Source: Prevotellaceae bacterium | Lineage (GTDB): Bacteria > Bacteroidota > Bacteroidia > Bacteroidales > UBA932 | DNA: 59,500 bases | Assembly (NCBI GenBank): GCA_031258755.1 | Contig: JAIRMK010000207.1 | Location: forward strand, 1-59,500 | Direction of reading: 5' to 3' | Part shown: in pieces, positions 56,022 to 59,500 of the stretch | Layout: each line of letters begins with the position of its first letter | How positions within the stretch are numbered: position 1 is the stretch's first letter | Program-made: the position numbers and the translations under genes | Notes under the pieces: generated by a model | What the model saw: the letters and a program-made list of their open reading frames with translations, nothing else | What the model was told of the DNA's origin: nothing | The model's database searches: none

Positions 56022-57323
56022 TTATTTGTTAGCCGAAGTTATAAACGCCCTGAAGTCCTCATACCGGTTGCTCATGGCGATGGTCTGCTTCCGGCCGCGC
56101 ATAAAGGCTTGCAGCTTGCCGGGAATGGGAATGTCGGCGCCCAAAATGTCATCTACCGTCTCCTTGAACTTGGCAGGATGCGCCGTTTCCAGGAAAAACC
56201 CTGTCGCCTTCTTATCGCCTTGCAGGCGCTCGCGCAGGGCCTCGCAGGCGCAGGCGCCGTGCGGGTCGAGAAGGTATTTTGCCTCATCAAACACACGCTT
56301 CACCACCTCGCGAATTTGCGCGTCGCTGTAACGATAGCCCGAAATAGCGGCGGTGATTTTGGCGTAGTCGTTGCCGTATAAATCCAGAATGCGGACAAAG
56401 TTGCTGGGGTTGCCCACGTCCATGGCATTGGCAATGGTGGCTATGCTCGGACGCGGCGAAAATGTACCTGTTTGCAGGTATTCCAGAAAAACGTCGTTGG
56501 CGTTGTTGGCCGCAATAAAATGCTTAACAGGAAGACCCATACGCTGCGCCAGTATGCCTGCCGTCAAGTTACCGAAGTTGCCGCTGGGCACGCAAACGGT
56601 CACTTCGCCGCCCTGCGGCATCTGCGCCCAGCCCCAGAAGTAGTAGAACGCCTGCGGGATAAAACGTGCCAGATTGATAGAATTGGCAGAGGTGAGCCTG
56701 CGCCGTGCATTGAGTTCCTTATCCAGAAAAGCCTGCTTCACCAAGCGCTGGCAGTCGTCAAATGTGCCTTCCACTTCCAGCGCACGCACGTTTTGCCCCA
56801 ACGTGGTGAACTGCGCTTCCTGAATGTTGCTCACCAGTCCTTTGGGATACAACACCGTTACAGTAATCCCCTCCACCCCCAGGAAACCGTTGGCCACCGC
56901 GCTGCCCGTATCGCCGGAGGTGGCCACCAGCACATTCGTTTCGACCTTTTCATTCCGGGTAAAATGTTGCATCATGCGCGCCAAAAAGCGGGCGCCCACA
57001 TCCTTAAACGCCATAGTGGGACCATGAAACAATTCAAGGCTGTAACAACTGCCGGTCACTTTTACCAACGGAATTTCAAAAGACAGCGCATCATATACGA
57101 TGTCGTGCAACTGTGCCTCGGCAATGTCATCGCCGAAGAGCGCCACGGCCACCTCCAGCGCCATTTCCTGCAACGTTTTCCGGTGCAGCGCGGAAAAAAA
57201 ATCGTTGCCGAGCTGCGGAATACGCTCCGGCATATATAAACCGTTATCATCGGCTAACCCTTTAAGAACAGCGTCCCGCAATGTGGCCGGTGGAACTTGC
57301 CTGTTGGTGCTGTAGTAGTTCAT
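56022..57323 (-). CDS. thrC: threonine synthase
   Basis: PLP-lysine motif GPTMAFKDVGARF, ATSGDTGSA and overall ThrC-like length (433 aa). Operon context. Confidence 0.92.
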   Translation of the reverse strand: MNYYSTNRQVPPATLRDAVLKGLADDNGLYMPERIPQLGNDFFSALHRKTLQEMALEVAVALFGDDIAEAQLHDIVYDALSFEIPLVKVTGSCYSLELFHGPTMAFKDVGARFLARMMQHFTRNEKVETNVLVATSGDTGSAVANGFLGVEGITVTVLYPKGLVSNIQEAQFTTLGQNVRALEVEGTFDDCQRLVKQAFLDKELNARRRLTSANSINLARFIPQAFYYFWGWAQMPQGGEVTVCVPSGNFGNLTAGILAQRMGLPVKHFIAANNANDVFLEYLQTGTFSPRPSIATIANAMDVGNPSNFVRILDLYGNDYAKITAAISGYRYSDAQIREVVKRVFDEAKYLLDPHGACACEALRERLQGDKKATGFFLETAHPAKFKETVDDILGADIPIPGKLQAFMRGRKQTIAMSNRYEDFRAFITSANK

Positions 57324-57363
57324 TGTTGAATTGTTGAGTTGTTTAACTGTTTAATTGTTTTCT
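57324..57363. repeat. 8-bp stutter spacer between thrB and thrC
   Basis: TGTTGAAT/TGTTGAGT/TGTTTAAC/TGTTTAAT/TGTTTTCT, five consecutive 8-mers filling the whole intergenic gap. Confidence 0.8.
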
Positions 57364-58286
57364 TAACCCTTAATCCGTACGCCTTCCTTATTCACCGGCG
57401 AAACAAAAGTATGATTTTCGATACCCACGTGGTCAAATCCGCGCCGCATGGCCTGCGCCACCTTATGCGCGGTGGCTTCGTCGCTGCTCAGGGCAAATAT
57501 GGAAGGGCCGCTGCCCGATATGCTGCACCCCAATGCACCCGCGTCGATGGCGGCCTGCTTGATGACGTAAAATTCGGGGATGAGCAGCGCGCGCACCGGT
57601 TCTACAATCACGTCGTGCAGCGAGCGGCTGATAAGGTCGTAGTCGTTGGTAAAAAGCCCCGCCACTAATCCGGCAACGTTACCCCATTGCTCCACTGCCT
57701 TTTTTATAGGCACCTCCTGACGCAAAATCTTACGGCTGTCGCTGGTGCGAACCTCTATCTGCGGGTGTACCACAGTGGCAAACACCGGCGGGCTGGGAAT
57801 GGGAACGACGTCGAGCGGCGTGTAACTGCGTATGAGCGTGAAACCGCCCATGAGCGCCGGCGCCACATTGTCGGCGTGCGCCGAACCGCTTGCCGCCCGC
57901 TCGCCCTGCATGGCAAAAGCCACCAGCTGCCGGCGTGTAAACGGACGTCCAAGCAATTCATTGGCGCCGAATACGCCGGCAGCCGCGCTCGCTGCACTCG
58001 AACCGACGCCGCTGCCAGGCATGATTTTCGACAGGAACGTAACCGTGAAGCCCTGCCTGCTCTGCAACGCATCGAGCATGGCCTGCAACGCCACCGCCGT
58101 TACATTTTTTTCGGGCGACAACGGCAACTCATACGGCGTTTCGTTGTGTAATACCAGCGTGCCGCTGTCGTTGAATGTGATGTGCAATTCGTCGCCGGGG
58201 CTGTGCAACGCGAACCCCAACACGTCAAACCCGCAAGCCACATTAGCCACCGTAGCCGGCGCAAATACTTTTAGATTTTTAGACAT
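57363..58286 (-). CDS. thrB: homoserine kinase (GHMP family)
   Basis: VFAPATVANVACGFDVLGFAL and the GHMP motif PGSGVGSSAASAAAG. 307 aa. Lies between thrA and thrC. Confidence 0.9.
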   Translation of the reverse strand: MSKNLKVFAPATVANVACGFDVLGFALHSPGDELHITFNDSGTLVLHNETPYELPLSPEKNVTAVALQAMLDALQSRQGFTVTFLSKIMPGSGVGSSAASAAAGVFGANELLGRPFTRRQLVAFAMQGERAASGSAHADNVAPALMGGFTLIRSYTPLDVVPIPSPPVFATVVHPQIEVRTSDSRKILRQEVPIKKAVEQWGNVAGLVAGLFTNDYDLISRSLHDVIVEPVRALLIPEFYVIKQAAIDAGALGCSISGSGPSIFALSSDEATAHKVAQAMRRGFDHVGIENHTFVSPVNKEGVRIKG

Positions 58287-58360
58287 TAGACTTTCAGATG
58301 TTAGATATTAGACTTTCAGATATTAGATTTTAATAGTTCTTAACTCTTAGTTCTTAACTC
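58268..58360. repeat. TTAGA/TCTAA stutter plus a 14-bp direct repeat between thrA and thrB, extending into the first codons of thrB
   Basis: A 22-mer occurs twice: tagactttcagatgttagatat then tagactttcagatattagattt. tagttcttaactct then tagttcttaactcc (58333-58360). GTTAGATATTAGAC (58300-58313) is the reverse complement of 1119-1132. Confidence 0.8.
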
Positions 58361-59500
58361 CTAAATGTTGGCTATACGGATGATGTCGCCGAACACGCCG
58401 GCAGCGGTAACCGCCGCACCGGCGCCGGCGCCTTTGATAACCATGGGTTGCGCGCTATACCGTCCGGTGTGCAGCATGATGATGTTGTCGCTGCCTTGCA
58501 GGTTAAAAAACGGATGCGTGCTGTCCACTTCCTGCAGGCTGATGGTTGCTTTTCCGTTATCAAGCGACGCCACAAACCGCCAACGCTTACCCGCGGCATA
58601 CAAAGCCTTGCGACGCGCCTCAAAGCCGGCGTCTAACTTCCGCACCTCGTCAAAAAACAGGTCTATCGTGGGCGCATTAAAACAGTCGGCGGGCAGGAAT
58701 GTGTGTATTTCCACATCGGTTTTTTCCAACGGATAGCCGCACTCGCGGGACAAAATCAATATCTTGCGCAGCACGTCCGCGCCGCTTAAATCTATGCGCG
58801 GGTCGGGCTCCGAATAGCCCTTCTCCTTTGCCATTTTTATGGCTTGGCTCATCGGAATTTCGTCGCTGATGGTGTTGAAAATAAAGTTGAGCGTACCGGA
58901 AAGCACCGCTTCCAGCTTCGTTATTTTATCACCGCTCAACACCAGTTCGTTGATTGTTTTAATCACAGGCAACCCCGCGCACACGTTGGTTTCGTAGAGG
59001 AACTTCACCCCGCGCGTACGCGACAGGTCTTGCAGTTTCCGGTAGCCGGCATAACTGCCGGAGCAAGCCGTTTTGTTGGCCGCCACTACCGACACAAACG
59101 ACTGTAACACGCTCTCGTAAATGTCTGCGACCTCTGCACTGGCCGTGCAATCCACAAAAATGCTGTTGCGCAGGTTGAGCGACGCAAGATGTTGTAAAAA
59201 GTCGTTCAAGCTGAGCGGCACGCCTTTGTGTTCAAGCGCTCCCTTCACATCGTCGAGGTCGATACCCTGTTCGTCGAACAACATTTTTTTGGAATTCATC
59301 ACGCCCACCACGTTTATTTTGAGCCGGTGATGTCTTTTCAAATCGTCGCGCTGCTGCCGTATTTGCTGCATCAGGCTGCTGCCCACCGTCCCGATGCCGG
59401 CAATATACAGGAAAACCTCCTTGTAATCGACCAGAAAGAAGGCCTCATGAATTACGTTAAGCGCTTTGTGCAAATCCGGCTTGTGCACCACCGTAGAGAT
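58361..59500 (-). CDS. thrA: bifunctional aspartokinase / homoserine dehydrogenase, C-terminal part (5' end lies beyond the window)
   Basis: Homoserine dehydrogenase NAD-binding site LYIAGIGTVGSSL and C-terminal KGAGAGAAVTAAGVFGDIIRI. The reading frame stays open to the window edge; the track start at 59491 is an internal GTG. Confidence 0.9.
   Translation of the reverse strand: MSTVVHKPDLHKALNVIHEAFFLVDYKEVFLYIAGIGTVGSSLMQQIRQQRDDLKRHHRLKINVVGVMNSKKMLFDEQGIDLDDVKGALEHKGVPLSLNDFLQHLASLNLRNSIFVDCTASAEVADIYESVLQSFVSVVAANKTACSGSYAGYRKLQDLSRTRGVKFLYETNVCAGLPVIKTINELVLSGDKITKLEAVLSGTLNFIFNTISDEIPMSQAIKMAKEKGYSEPDPRIDLSGADVLRKILILSRECGYPLEKTDVEIHTFLPADCFNAPTIDLFFDEVRKLDAGFEARRKALYAAGKRWRFVASLDNGKATISLQEVDSTHPFFNLQGSDNIIMLHTGRYSAQPMVIKGAGAGAAVTAAGVFGDIIRIANI

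Overview
Bacteroidota-type chromosomal segment, recognised by two SusC/SusD pairs, TTTG-N19-20-TAnnTTTG promoters and A/T-rich leaders without Shine-Dalgarno sequences. No rRNA, tRNA, CRISPR array, integrase or transposase was seen. Left to right: (1) A FISUMP-domain secreted protein and a divergent XRE regulator. (2) PUL 1 (1.7-9.3 kb): SusC, SusD, a BACON/discoidin lipoprotein and a DUF3472-like lipoprotein, with no recognisable CAZyme. (3) An orphan AAA+ ATPase. (4) An isolated rplC-rplD-rplW-rplB-rpsS-rplV-rpsC block with its own promoter and terminator, but no rpsJ upstream and no rplP downstream. (5) A very AT-rich two-gene membrane cassette plus another orphan ATPase. (6) Housekeeping genes on the minus strand: UPF0104 membrane protein, panD, panC, dut, a flippase and a patatin-like phospholipase. 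Then cyclophilin and pheS on the plus strand. (7) A lower-GC accessory region (about 25.7-55.9 kb). It holds a BRO-N/Fic protein, a hybrid two-component sensor (HTCS), a 21-bp tandem repeat array and a GC-rich orphan ORF. It also holds a 12-gene PUL 2: SusC/D/E-like, a DUF4832-like protein, GH88, an FAD oxidoreductase, a GH36-like protein, two GH2-type enzymes, DUF4886, a stand-alone GH35 C-terminal module and GH3. It ends with two convergent AAA+ ATPases carrying D...ExK motifs. (8) thrC, thrB and the 3' part of thrA on the minus strand. The most unusual items are the AT-rich cassette encoding a membrane-anchored S24/S26-like protein with Cys at the nucleophile position, and the 21-bp phased repeat array at the head of PUL 2. 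Others are the lyase-less GH88/FAD-oxidoreductase PUL, the split ribosomal operon bracketed by orphan NTPases, and a dispersed family of stop-codon-rich 7-8-bp stutter spacers. All functional calls rest on motif recognition by eye; no database search was run.
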